From a virus: DNA of 64,000 nucleotides. The notes under the pieces were generated by a model. The model had not been told where the DNA came from. It worked only from the letters and a program-made list of their open reading frames with translations, and did not search any database. The stretch is from the IMG/VR virus record IMGVR_UViG_3300005393_000209; one strand, written 5' to 3'. How positions within the stretch are numbered: position 1 is the stretch's first letter; each line of letters begins with the position of its first letter. Shown here piece after piece: positions 19,275-28,799 of the stretch. The translations under genes and the position numbers were made by a program.

Positions 19275-19820
19275 ATGGAAAAGAAGTATAGCTGGAGTCA
19301 CCCTCTCCGGAGACTCATGATGCTCCGGTTCCCTTATGAGCACAAAACTAATTTCTACTCCCGAATAGGGGTAAGCCGCGGGTTTATGTCACGGCTCTCT
19401 AATACTCCTGATACAGGAGTTACCGTCAAGACGTGGCAGGAGATACTTGAAAAAGCAGGAGTTAAGAATCCTGTACTTATACAATGGCTCCTTTTCGGAG
19501 GAGAACCCTCTAAAAACATACTGAGACTCCTCAGGAAATATCATGGAAAAATTACAGATATTCCAGATATAAATTATGAAATATTCGTTTCCCGCTTGAA
19601 CCATTTCAGGCTTGAGGATGAAAGTAAGAATAGCTTTATAATCCGCTTGGGGATTCCTGCTCATGTATGGGAACAATGGGAATTTAGCCATACAAAGGAA
19701 ATCTCCCCTTCGGAAGTGAAGAGGATTTGCGATGTTATAGGGATAGATTACCGCTCTCCAGAGGGAGTTTGGCTAATGTTTTCCTCAAAAAATCCTCCAC
19801 CTAAAACAGTTAACAATTAA
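19275..19820 (+). CDS. Putative repressor with two XRE-like HTH domains
   Basis: Two repeats of F..R.G.....S/W......I.....G....WL.F; divergent from the replication operon. Confidence 0.55.
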   Translation: MEKKYSWSHPLRRLMMLRFPYEHKTNFYSRIGVSRGFMSRLSNTPDTGVTVKTWQEILEKAGVKNPVLIQWLLFGGEPSKNILRLLRKYHGKITDIPDINYEIFVSRLNHFRLEDESKNSFIIRLGIPAHVWEQWEFSHTKEISPSEVKRICDVIGIDYRSPEGVWLMFSSKNPPPKTVNN

Positions 19821-19979
19821 TAATTTATTAACCTAATACTGCAATTTTAGCTATTTTACTGAGTTTGTCGCTATTCTCCAAAAAACAAAACCGCAAGAAG
19901 TTGAGAACCCCATCGAAGAAAATACCCTGCCTACCCCACGGGAGCGGAAAAATAACATCCTGAAATAATGCTCACTGGA

Positions 19980-20190
19980 ATTCTTATTTTATATTTTTAT
20001 AAATTATATATGTACTGTACTTATATATTATATATATTATATTAGTATTGTACTTATATATATTATATATATTATATTATATAATATATAATATTATATA
20101 TTATATTATATCCTTCATCCTGTATATATTTCTTTTCTTTCTTTTTCTTTTCTTTTTCGTTCTTTTTCTTTTCTTTTTCTTTCTTTTCTT
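19980..20190. repeat. AT-rich TATAT low-complexity tract plus pyrimidine tract; candidate replication origin
   Basis: Nearly pure A/T 19985-20110 with repeated TGTACTTATATA, then T/C tract. Confidence 0.55.
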
Positions 20191-20222
20191 TACGCCAACA
20201 CAAAATGCCAAACGTATCAGAC

Positions 20223-20580
20223 ATGTCACGCCACATCACACATAAGTTGCTGACATCAACGAAAAGCCACCTCAGAGGCTCGCTGTTCCATTTTTTCCTC
20301 AAGGTAATACCAACATAGCCAACAGGTATAAAAATCCCTCAGAATTGAAAAAAGACCCCTTTTCGTTGAATTACGTTTTTTTGGTTATAAGCTTATTTTT
20401 CTTTGTTCCATCTGTAAAACATTATGTCACGCCTGAGAAAAGTTACAGACATCAAAAATAAGGGGTATAGGAGGCTCACTGTTCGATTTTTTGTATAAAG
20501 TAATACCAACATAGCGGGGAGAGTATAAAATGCGTTAAAATTGAAAATAGACCCCTTTTTGTTGATTTCAGGTTTTTTAT
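20223..20580. repeat. Imperfect tandem duplication, two ~160-bp units with ~200-bp period
   Basis: Shared blocks ATGTCACGCC, GACATCAA, GAGGCTCRCTGTTC, GTAATACCAACATAGC, AATTGAAAAWAGACCCCTTTT in the same order. Confidence 0.85.
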
Positions 20581-20598
20581 GTGTCATGAATAAAACGC

Positions 20599-20627
20599 TT
20601 GACAAATGATACAGTTTGTCCTATGGT
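20599..20627 (+). promoter_or_regulatory. Sigma70 promoter of nucleotide-metabolism operon
   Basis: TTGACA-17nt-TATGGT, with a GACAAA/TTTGTC inverted repeat across the -35 and spacer. Confidence 0.7.
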
Positions 20628-20657
20628 TGAAACATTACATATTTTCAGGAGGGGAAA

Positions 20658-20885
20658 ATGGATTTTTATGATAACTTAAGAAACCTCATGGGTTCTATCT
20701 CCCCGGAAATACGACCGGCTTTTCTTGCAACTCTCAACAAACTTGCCGAGGCGGAGACCGCATATTCGGCAGGAAACAAAGATGAGTGTCTCAACATCCT
20801 GCTTTCTGTAATCCTAACTCATTACCTCCAGTTTATCTCCTGCTTTGCTGAAAAGGCACAAGTTCCAGAGGAGACGGTACATTGA
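20658..20885 (+). CDS. Hypothetical protein
   Basis: Strong SD; first gene after promoter. Confidence 0.6.
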   Translation: MDFYDNLRNLMGSISPEIRPAFLATLNKLAEAETAYSAGNKDECLNILLSVILTHYLQFISCFAEKAQVPEETVH

Positions 20886-21421
20886 GCTTTTCTGTATGTT
20901 CAAAAATAGGGGATAAGGGGGTTAATTGTTTGATTGGAAGCTCAAGCCTTCCAGTTATCCCCATTGGAGCAAATAATTCTACTGGATTAAAGCTCCAGAA
21001 GGAACTGGGGGATTGTTTGATTAACCTCAATGGCTTGCTTATTGCCATTGAGGTTAAAACTGAAATATACAATAAATACGGCAATCTATTCATAGAGATA
21101 TACTCCAACAGTAAAACCAATAACCTTGGATGGATAATCTCATCCTCAGCAGACATCCTCGCCTATTCATTCCTTGAGGAAAACCTTACATATTTTCTCA
21201 ACATGAAAGAGCTTAAAAAATGGGGATTAATCCATAAGAATTTCAAGCGATTCCCTATAAAAGCTCAACATAAACGTAACCAAAAAAACCTTACTCTTGG
21301 GAGGGTAATCCCTATCCGCGTTCTAAGTGATGAGCTTGAGAACTTTGAAGTAAGGGAAATGGATAAACCATTAGACTTGCAAAGATTGTTTTTACAATTA
21401 AACATAAAAACAGAGGTTTAA
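20882..21421 (+). CDS. PD-(D/E)XK-like nuclease family protein
   Basis: GD...IEVKTE...GNLFIE...GW...S.AD motif. Confidence 0.65.
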   Translation: MSFSVCSKIGDKGVNCLIGSSSLPVIPIGANNSTGLKLQKELGDCLINLNGLLIAIEVKTEIYNKYGNLFIEIYSNSKTNNLGWIISSSADILAYSFLEENLTYFLNMKELKKWGLIHKNFKRFPIKAQHKRNQKNLTLGRVIPIRVLSDELENFEVREMDKPLDLQRLFLQLNIKTEV

Positions 21422-21423
21422 GG

Positions 21424-23277
21424 ATGGACGCATATCAAAAATTTATATATCTCAGGACGTATTCACGCTTCTTGTGGGAAAAGGGGAGGCGTGAATCATG
21501 GGAGGAGACTGTTAATCGGTTTTTGGATTTTATTTTTACAGAATCGCCTTATTGTCATCTTATCCCGGAAAAGACAAAGAAGAAAATCCGCCAACACATA
21601 TTAAACCTTGTCGTTGTTCCTTCCATGCGGCTGTTATGGAGCGCCGGAGAAAACGCAAGGCGCGACAACACGGCCGCATATAATTGTTCCGCTCTTGCCG
21701 CTGATAACATTGGAGCTTTTGGAGAAGCAATGTACCTCCTGCTCTCCTCCGCTGGAGTAGGTTACAGTGTCGAGGATAGATATATTTCACGGCTCCCTCA
21801 GGTTAAGTATCAAAAAAATTCCACGTCATATAACTATGTTGTCGAGGATACTCGTGCAGGATGGAAGAACGCTCTCGATTTTGGGATTGAGGCTTGGTTC
21901 AATGGAAGAGATGTTGGTTTTGATACTTCTAAAATCCGTCCGGCAGGAACTCCTCTTTTTATTTCTGGAGGATACGCAAGCGGCCCAGACCCTCTCATTC
22001 AGTGTTTAAATTTCACTAGAAAAACAATCCTAGCCGCTCAAGGAAGGCAACTTCTATCACTCGAAATTAGTGATATTTTTAATGAGATTGCTTCAATAGT
22101 AGTTGCAGGAGGAGTAAGAAGAGCATCAGAAATCTGTCTGTCAGATTTTAACGATATTTCAATCCGTGACAGCAAACATGGAATTTTTCCACATAGAAGG
22201 GGGTTTGCGAACATTAGCGCAGTTTATCATCAAGTTCCAAATGTTTTAGATTTTACGCAAGAGTTTATAAATATGGCACGTTCAAACTCAGGCGAACGTG
22301 GAATGTTCAATCTTTTAGCCGCTAGAAAACGTTCTCCACGCAGGAGAGACAAGAGTAAAATCGAGCTAACAAATCCTTGTGCGGAAACACTCCTGAGGAA
22401 TAATGGATTATGCAATCTCACAGAAGTTATCCTCCGACCAACAGATGATTTTGAATCAGTTAGGGACAAAATCATCACGGCTACATGGTTGGGCTGTATT
22501 CAATCCACATTAACAAACTTCCCTGAACTAAATCCTAAATGGGCAGAGAACGCAAAAGAGGAGCGTCTCCTTGGAGTCTCTTTGTCGGGTTTATGTGATG
22601 TTTATTCCATGATAACAGCAGAGACCCTGAGACATTGGAAGCAGATTGCCGTTAAAACCGCTAAAGAAGCTTCCGGAGTTCTTGGAATCAATATGCCAGC
22701 GGCAGTAACACTTATTAAACCATCAGGAACAACTAGCCAATTAACTAATTGCTCCCCCGGCCTTCATTCTCGTTGGTCTCCTTACTATCTCCGGAGAGTT
22801 AGGATTTCAATGCACGACCCGTTATTTGAAATGATGAAAGCTCAAGGAGTTCCTTGGACTCCATGTAACTATTCTATCAATACGGCAGTTCTGGAGTTCC
22901 CTGTTACGGCTCCCTCTGACGCTAAGTTTAGGGACTCAGAAACAGCTATCGGCCAACTTGAATGGTATAAGACGATAGTTGACAATTGGTGTGAACATAA
23001 CGCATCTGCTACAATATATGTTAAGGATAACGAATGGTTAGACGTTACCGCATGGGTATACAGGAACTTCGACTCCATCAATGGAGTAACATTCTTTCCC
23101 TTCACTAATGAAAAATATAAAAATCCTCCTTTCGAGGAGATTTCCTACGATGAATATCAAAGAAAACTTGAAGCCTTTCCTGAGATAGACTTTTCAAGGC
23201 TCCCTGACTACGAGAAAACCGACTTAACAACAGGAGGGAAAGAATACGCATGTGCCGGGGGAGCTTGTGAACTATAA
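21424..23277 (+). CDS. nrdJ: Class II (B12-dependent) ribonucleotide reductase
   Basis: YNCS, TNPCAE, KPSGT motifs; C-terminal CAGGACEL. Confidence 0.95.
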   Translation: MDAYQKFIYLRTYSRFLWEKGRRESWEETVNRFLDFIFTESPYCHLIPEKTKKKIRQHILNLVVVPSMRLLWSAGENARRDNTAAYNCSALAADNIGAFGEAMYLLLSSAGVGYSVEDRYISRLPQVKYQKNSTSYNYVVEDTRAGWKNALDFGIEAWFNGRDVGFDTSKIRPAGTPLFISGGYASGPDPLIQCLNFTRKTILAAQGRQLLSLEISDIFNEIASIVVAGGVRRASEICLSDFNDISIRDSKHGIFPHRRGFANISAVYHQVPNVLDFTQEFINMARSNSGERGMFNLLAARKRSPRRRDKSKIELTNPCAETLLRNNGLCNLTEVILRPTDDFESVRDKIITATWLGCIQSTLTNFPELNPKWAENAKEERLLGVSLSGLCDVYSMITAETLRHWKQIAVKTAKEASGVLGINMPAAVTLIKPSGTTSQLTNCSPGLHSRWSPYYLRRVRISMHDPLFEMMKAQGVPWTPCNYSINTAVLEFPVTAPSDAKFRDSETAIGQLEWYKTIVDNWCEHNASATIYVKDNEWLDVTAWVYRNFDSINGVTFFPFTNEKYKNPPFEEISYDEYQRKLEAFPEIDFSRLPDYEKTDLTTGGKEYACAGGACEL

Positions 23278-24025
23278 GGAGGAAGAAATGATGATAGAAA
23301 AACTTGATAAATGGAAAGAATTAAGACGTTCATTGTTTGCTAATACAGAACCGGAAGTAGAGCTTGTTGGTATTACATGCCCCGGAGAACTTGTCAGAAA
23401 CAATTCTGACTATTATTTTTCTGTTCCAGAAAAGGAAGCTATCCTTCAAAAGATTGAGGAACAACCCGCAATCGCAGCGGCCACTTCATACGGCAAACAA
23501 CCTAAAAATCCTGTTGTATTAAACGAACGCCTTATTGAAGCTGGTCATTTAACGCCGCTAGAATCCATTCAATTTAACTTTTTTATTAGCGGGATATCTA
23601 AGCTTTGTGGAGCTCAAATGTCCCGTCATAGGGTAGGTCAAGGCCATGTTTCTGCTTCCCGGAGATATCAGCAACAAAAACCAGAGTTTGTTTATCCCCT
23701 GCTAAGTGAAGTAGTTAGTTTAGAAACAGCAAAGAATATCTATGAGGATATGTCTGATTGTTTAAAGTCTAATTATTTTCTCTATTTAAGGCTTATAAGG
23801 GACAAGACGGCAAAAAAGGGAGATGTTAGGTATATCATCCCGGCTTGTTCTGCTACCCATCGCTATTATTGGGCAAACGCAAGAGCATTAAGGGATTTTT
23901 TTCGACTCCGCCTTGACTCATCGGCAGAAGGGGAAATTAAACGACTTGCCTTCATTATCCTAGATTTAGTCATGAAAGTTACTCCATCACTATTTATTGA
24001 TATTAAAAGGAAATTTGAAAAATGA
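23252..24025 (+). CDS. thyX: Flavin-dependent thymidylate synthase
   Basis: GH.TPLE, Q..RHR...S.SRRY, NARALRDF..LR....A..EI. Confidence 0.9.
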   Translation: MPGELVNYKEEEMMIEKLDKWKELRRSLFANTEPEVELVGITCPGELVRNNSDYYFSVPEKEAILQKIEEQPAIAAATSYGKQPKNPVVLNERLIEAGHLTPLESIQFNFFISGISKLCGAQMSRHRVGQGHVSASRRYQQQKPEFVYPLLSEVVSLETAKNIYEDMSDCLKSNYFLYLRLIRDKTAKKGDVRYIIPACSATHRYYWANARALRDFFRLRLDSSAEGEIKRLAFIILDLVMKVTPSLFIDIKRKFEK

Positions 24026-24315
24026 CTCCAGAAGAATTCGCAGAATTAACCGTAATACAACAGTACAGGTTCTTATTGGAAAGACTGTTAAAGCTTGGAG
24101 ATGAAATTGAGAACGATGAAATTGATTACTTGATTACATTGCTTGTTTATGCCCAAGGGGATTTTCTCCAGTATAGCGAAAAAGAAGGGGTAGAAGAGAA
24201 CCGAACGGCTTCTCTTATGGCAATAGAGGAGGTTTTGGCTCAAGCTATCAAACTAAGTGAGACAGTGAATAGGCTAAGATTTGTTTTAGATATTGAGGAG
24301 GATGAAGCAGCATGA
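24022..24315 (+). CDS. Hypothetical protein
   Basis: ATGA-coupled ORF. Confidence 0.6.
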   Translation: MTPEEFAELTVIQQYRFLLERLLKLGDEIENDEIDYLITLLVYAQGDFLQYSEKEGVEENRTASLMAIEEVLAQAIKLSETVNRLRFVLDIEEDEAA

Positions 24316-24470
24316 AACACTCGATAGTTATGGTTTGTGACTCAGAATCACTAATTGAGGGGATAAACAGATTAAGAACTTTTAACAATGAACTTAAACA
24401 GATTGAACAAACCCTGAAAACATTAATTCCTCTTTTAAGGGAATTTGCTGAGCTAAGGAGACTGTCATGA
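24312..24470 (+). CDS. Small hypothetical protein (52 aa, not in track)
   Basis: ATGA overlaps at both ends; MKHSIVMVCD... Confidence 0.55.
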   Translation: MKHSIVMVCDSESLIEGINRLRTFNNELKQIEQTLKTLIPLLREFAELRRLS

Positions 24471-24874
24471 GTTTCTGGAGGATTCATAAGATTGAGAGAG
24501 AGGAAAATCAATTTTCGATAGTAGTAGAGCCAACTTCTCCGACTACGAAGATTGGAGTTGTCGAGGATTCTGAAATCCTCCCCGGACATGGTTTAGCAGT
24601 AAATGTAAAACTAGAAACGGAGGAATGTCACTCAGCAGCGGTGGAGATGGGACTTTCTATTATTAAGACGTATGAAGAAAAGAAACCATCTCCTCAGCAA
24701 ATAACTAAGAACCTGTATCTCAATATCACCTTAGATGAGGAGTCAAAAGAACTTTTGCGGAGAATATTTTCATTAAATACCGCTAATCCTGCGGAGTTTA
24801 ATAATACTCCCTGCGTAGAATATGAGTTTGTTCAAGAGACAGAACTTGAACCTCAGAATGATGAAGAGGAGTAA
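24467..24874 (+). CDS. Hypothetical protein
   Basis: Coupled ORF. Confidence 0.55.
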   Translation: MSFWRIHKIEREENQFSIVVEPTSPTTKIGVVEDSEILPGHGLAVNVKLETEECHSAAVEMGLSIIKTYEEKKPSPQQITKNLYLNITLDEESKELLRRIFSLNTANPAEFNNTPCVEYEFVQETELEPQNDEEE

Positions 24875-24879
24875 AGACA

Positions 24880-25395
24880 ATGCGACTTTACGCAGTTAGT
24901 ACAAAGATAGGATATTCAGAAATATGCTTCTCAAATTATGAAGATGCGGTTGAGAGAGCAAAAACCTATCCCCACGAACTCTCCCCAAGGGTTGAGGAGC
25001 TTACCCTTGAAAAATTCTCTCCTGTTTATCCTGTTTTTTTTGAGGATAAACTTATTGGAATAGCTTCCTCAGAGGATAAAGCTCGTTCTTTATGTGAGAA
25101 AAAAGGGGAATCACTACATTATGCTGATTTTTTTCTTGATGAGATTATTGAAAACGGATTGACTTGGGAAGTAAGCTTTTTCAAGGAACTCAATCATTGG
25201 AACGTCAGGATAAGTAATGAGGAGGGTTTGCCGCTTCCTGAGAAGGTTTCTAGTGTCTTTTCGACCCGATATGTTGCTTGGGTCAAAGCACATAATCAGG
25301 AGGACGCATTACAAAAAGGGAAGCTAAGGATTGAAAACTTAAAATTAGAGCTTAATGAGAGGGAAGATGGAAACAAAGTCTCCGGGCGTGAATAA
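24880..25395 (+). CDS. Hypothetical protein
   Basis: ORF with SD. Confidence 0.55.
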   Translation: MRLYAVSTKIGYSEICFSNYEDAVERAKTYPHELSPRVEELTLEKFSPVYPVFFEDKLIGIASSEDKARSLCEKKGESLHYADFFLDEIIENGLTWEVSFFKELNHWNVRISNEEGLPLPEKVSSVFSTRYVAWVKAHNQEDALQKGKLRIENLKLELNEREDGNKVSGRE

Positions 25396-25597
25396 TCCAA
25401 CTCATTATGATTATTCGATAAAGCCAATTGATGCAATCGAATCATGGGGATTGAATTTCAATCTTGGGAATACAATAAAATATATTGCAAGGCATAGTCG
25501 CAAGGGGAATCCAGAGAAGGATTTAGAAAAAGCTCTCTGGTATTTAACAAGAGAATTAAGCAGAGTGAAGGCAGAAGATGAAAGAGAAACTCGTTAA
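25368..25597 (+). CDS. DUF3310-family protein
   Basis: VNNPTHY, FNLGNTIKYI.R...KG...DLEKALWYL. Confidence 0.85.
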
Positions 25598-25742
25598 TGA
25601 CACTTTAAATAAGATGAAAGAGATTATTAATGTGAACGAAAATCGCATCAAGGAGCAGATAGGGATTGAGCTTATCCGTCTCTATCTGATTTTTGAACTT
25701 TCTGACTTGCTAGAAATATTACGAAATACTCCAGAAGAATAA
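25578..25742 (+). CDS. Small hypothetical protein (54 aa, not in track)
   Basis: Manual translation MKEKLVNDTL... Confidence 0.45.
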   Translation: MKEKLVNDTLNKMKEIINVNENRIKEQIGIELIRLYLIFELSDLLEILRNTPEE

Positions 25743-25767
25743 CTAATTGAGAAAAGGAAAAACAAAC

Positions 25768-25920
25768 ATGAAGAACAAAAACATAGTCTTTTCTCAGGAT
25801 TTCCAAAAAAGGACAACTATCCGGATTTTAAAAAACAGAATTGAAGCTTGTCCAAAAATTGCCTATCCAACATTATGTCTGTTGAAGGAAATAGACAACG
25901 TAACCGGGGAGGGGGAATGA
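25768..25920 (+). CDS. Small hypothetical protein (50 aa, not in track)
   Basis: AAAAGGAAAAACAAAC leader; ATGA overlap with next gene. Confidence 0.55.
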   Translation: MKNKNIVFSQDFQKRTTIRILKNRIEACPKIAYPTLCLLKEIDNVTGEGE

Positions 25921-26189
25921 CGTGGAAATGTAAAGTATGTCAAAACTCTTCCTGTTTGGAAGTTGTAAGAGTTACGGAGAATCTTGAGAAGTTTTATAAA
26001 CAGGTTATCATCATTGGAGACACGGCATTTGTTTCTAATTCAGTTCCTCGCTCATTACTCTACGAGTTCTGTGCTTGTCCTGTTTGCGGAAAAAGAGAAT
26101 TTGATGATAACCTTGAAGATTACAGTTTAAACGACTTTGTGAGAAGGTATGGGCTCAAAATAAAGGATATAAAATACTTGACAAAGTAG
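25917..26189 (+). CDS. Zinc-ribbon protein
   Basis: CKVC...CPVCG. Confidence 0.6.
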   Translation: MTWKCKVCQNSSCLEVVRVTENLEKFYKQVIIIGDTAFVSNSVPRSLLYEFCACPVCGKREFDDNLEDYSLNDFVRRYGLKIKDIKYLTK

Positions 26190-26246
26190 AGAGATATGTT
26201 TTATGTATGTCCCATCGGACAATATAAAAATTCAGGAGGGATAAAG

Positions 26247-26453
26247 ATGGATGAAATCTATCTCATAATATGGTCAATACTTCTCTTGCTGATTTATATC
26301 CTTCCGGGGATTATTGCAAGGAGACAGAAAAAAGAAAATGCTGACGCAATATTTATCCTTAACCTCCTGCTTGGATGGACTTATGTTGGTTGGGTAATAG
26401 CTCTTGTTTGGGCATTAATGAAAGACAAGAAAGAAACATGTAAAACAGTTTAA
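26247..26453 (+). CDS. imm: Superinfection immunity protein (T4 Imm family)
   Basis: Y.LP.IIA.R......IF.LNLLLGWT..GW..ALVWA; own promoter at 26178. Confidence 0.9.
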   Translation: MDEIYLIIWSILLLLIYILPGIIARRQKKENADAIFILNLLLGWTYVGWVIALVWALMKDKKETCKTV

Positions 26454-26462
26454 AAGCTTTTA

Positions 26463-26516
26463 AAATCCCTGCGTCATTTCTTTTGTTTCTCCTTTAAAAC
26501 GCAGGGATTTATTTTT
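26463..26516 (+). terminator. Long-stem terminator with a 24-nt pyrimidine-rich loop
   Basis: AAATCCCTGCGT...ACGCAGGGATTT followed by ATTTTT. Confidence 0.7.
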
Positions 26517-26598
26517 CCTAAAATCCTTCCCTTTTTTATTCAAAAAAACCCACAATTTTAAGAAACCTTTCCGCCATTTAGTGTTCGTATTGTTAGCA

Positions 26599-27414
26599 AT
26601 GCCGAACATTAAACAAAACACTATTATTTGCGGGGATTCTGCCATAATTATGCTAGATTTTCCTGATAGTTGTGTTGATTTAACCGTGACCAGTCCGCCT
26701 TACGACCAACTAAGACGATATAACAACTACCAGTTTAATTTTCCAGCCATTGCTAACCAGATTTTTAGAGTGACAAAAAACGGTGGTGTCCTTGTGTGGA
26801 TTGCCGCTGACCAAACAATAAATTTTAGTGAAACAGGAACATCCTTTAAACAAGCCCTCTATTTTAAAGAAATAGGCTTCAATCTCCTTGATACAATGAT
26901 TTATGCAAAAGAAGCTGTAGGAGCTTGTGGTTCCAAATATGCTTATAATCAAGCTTTTGAATATATGTTCGTCTTTGTGAAGGGTAAACCAAAAACATTT
27001 AATCCCATCAAAACAGCCCCAAAACAAGCAAACAAAAGGCGCATGTATCAGGTTAGTCGCAGCAACAAAGAAGGATTCATAAAAACCCATATTGCAAAGA
27101 CTGCCCCACCGGAAAGTAAAAAAACGAATGTTTGGTCATATAGTATAGGATTCCGCAACTCCAAAATCCCCACAGGACATCCTGCTGTCTTTCCCCTCAA
27201 CCTAGCAAAAGACCATATCCTTTCATGGAGCAACGAAGGTGATTTGATTTTAGACCCCATGTGCGGTTCTGGAACAACCTTAATAGCGGCATCACAACTC
27301 AATAGAAACTTCATCGGGATAGAAATTAGTGATAAGTATTGCGAAATCGCTTCCAACAGACTAAAACAGGAAACTTTTTCTTTAAAAAACGCACATAATG
27401 TCTATGGTAGCTGA
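26599..27414 (+). CDS. Beta-class N4-C/N6-A DNA methyltransferase 1
   Basis: TSPPY, HPAVFP, LDPMCGSGTT. Confidence 0.92.
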   Translation: MPNIKQNTIICGDSAIIMLDFPDSCVDLTVTSPPYDQLRRYNNYQFNFPAIANQIFRVTKNGGVLVWIAADQTINFSETGTSFKQALYFKEIGFNLLDTMIYAKEAVGACGSKYAYNQAFEYMFVFVKGKPKTFNPIKTAPKQANKRRMYQVSRSNKEGFIKTHIAKTAPPESKKTNVWSYSIGFRNSKIPTGHPAVFPLNLAKDHILSWSNEGDLILDPMCGSGTTLIAASQLNRNFIGIEISDKYCEIASNRLKQETFSLKNAHNVYGS

Positions 27415-28243
27415 CATTAAACAAAATACAATTATGTGCGGGGATTGTGTAGAAATATTAAAAGGATTTCCTGATAATTATGTTGACTTGACTGTTACCT
27501 CTCCTCCTTATGATAACCTGAGGGATTATGACGGATATTCTTTAAACTTCCCTTTATTAGCGGAGGAGCTTTTCCGTGTAACTAAGGACGGGGGAGTTAT
27601 TGTTTGGGTAGTTGGGGACGCAGTTGTTAAGGGTTCCGAGACTGGAACATCTTTCAGGCAAGCGCTCCATTTTAAAGAAATCGGCCTCCGACTTCATGAC
27701 ACTATGATTTATCAAAAAAAAGGAGTCACTTTCCCTTCAAATAACCGTTATTTCCAAGCCTTTGAGTATATGTTTGTTTTTTCCAAGGGGAAGCCTAAAA
27801 CTTTTAATCCCTTGATGGATAGACATAATTTAAGGGTAGGGGAGGAGGCATTAGGAAAATACACTGTTAGAGCTACTGACGGAAGAATGATTCCCCGAAA
27901 AAAACCCAAACCATACCCTGAGCGTAGTATGAGATATAATGTTTGGGAGCTAAACACAGCGGCACAAGAAAGGCCATGTAAACCTCTTCCTCATCCTGCA
28001 CAATTTCCTCTCCGCCTTGCCCGCGACCATATCCTTTCGTGGAGTAATCAAGGAGATTTAATCCTTGACCCTATGTGTGGAGCAGGAACAACTCTCTTAG
28101 CGGCGGCCCAACTTAATAGAAACTTTATCGGAATAGAAATAAGTCATAAATATTGTGAAATTGCCTCCAACAGGCTCGAACAGGAAACTATCCCTCTATT
28201 TTTTAAGGAGCAAACCTATGGTGGTAAAGAAGAAAACTATTGA
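27398..28243 (+). CDS. Beta-class N4-C/N6-A DNA methyltransferase 2 (paralog of 1)
   Basis: TSPPY, HPAQFP, LDPMCGAGTT. Confidence 0.92.
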   Translation: MSMVADIKQNTIMCGDCVEILKGFPDNYVDLTVTSPPYDNLRDYDGYSLNFPLLAEELFRVTKDGGVIVWVVGDAVVKGSETGTSFRQALHFKEIGLRLHDTMIYQKKGVTFPSNNRYFQAFEYMFVFSKGKPKTFNPLMDRHNLRVGEEALGKYTVRATDGRMIPRKKPKPYPERSMRYNVWELNTAAQERPCKPLPHPAQFPLRLARDHILSWSNQGDLILDPMCGAGTTLLAAAQLNRNFIGIEISHKYCEIASNRLEQETIPLFFKEQTYGGKEENY

Positions 28244-28493
28244 TAGTCTTAATGATATTGTTTGTTGTAACTGTCTGTTGAGCGTTACAGTCCTTGAAGA
28301 TAAAGAGAATGTCACTTCTTACTGTTTCTTGGATTATCAATCTACGAAACCTCCTAGAACAGTATCATCCTACGGATTCTGTCAGAACGGAGTTTGGCTT
28401 GCTAATGTGTCAGACAATTTTGCTCCCTACTATATCGCCTCAGGGTTTCAATCTTCTATCGAATTAGTCTTGAACAAGGAGGAAGAATGTTAA
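28218..28493 (+). CDS. Small Cys-rich protein
   Basis: CCNC...C...FC..GVW; AAGGAG SD before ATG 28218. Confidence 0.55.
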   Translation: MVVKKKTIDSLNDIVCCNCLLSVTVLEDKENVTSYCFLDYQSTKPPRTVSSYGFCQNGVWLANVSDNFAPYYIASGFQSSIELVLNKEEEC

Positions 28494-28792
28494 CCCCTTA
28501 TAATGTTTTTAGTCTTGTGAGTAGTCTCTCCCATTTTTTTGATGATATTCATATTTTTATAAACGGAGATTACTTTTGCTTTGATTTGTCTACCGTGACC
28601 AATAGATACATCAGAATTGAGTGTATGAAAGAAGGAAACAATAAGGCAGATGTTACGTTTTACGTGGATAGCTTATTAAGAAACAGAGTAACCGCGAAGG
28701 ATATTGACTCATTGAAGCTTTTTATATCACAGTTTTTCACAGATATTATCCCTGATAAGTTCTATTTTCAGCGTCAACAATACATGGAGTAG
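28487..28792 (+). CDS. Hypothetical protein
   Basis: ORF with SD. Confidence 0.5.
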   Translation: MLTPYNVFSLVSSLSHFFDDIHIFINGDYFCFDLSTVTNRYIRIECMKEGNNKADVTFYVDSLLRNRVTAKDIDSLKLFISQFFTDIIPDKFYFQRQQYME

Positions 28793-28799
28793 GGGAGTA

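Noticed and set aside
20048..20302. ORFs 20048-20245 (+) and 20072-20302 (-)
   Set aside because: Translations of low-complexity TA and T/C tracts with no SD
21424..23277. Intein or intron in nrdJ (also considered for terL and the helicase)
   Set aside because: Lengths are normal, motifs are contiguous, and no splice-junction or homing-endonuclease motifs are visible
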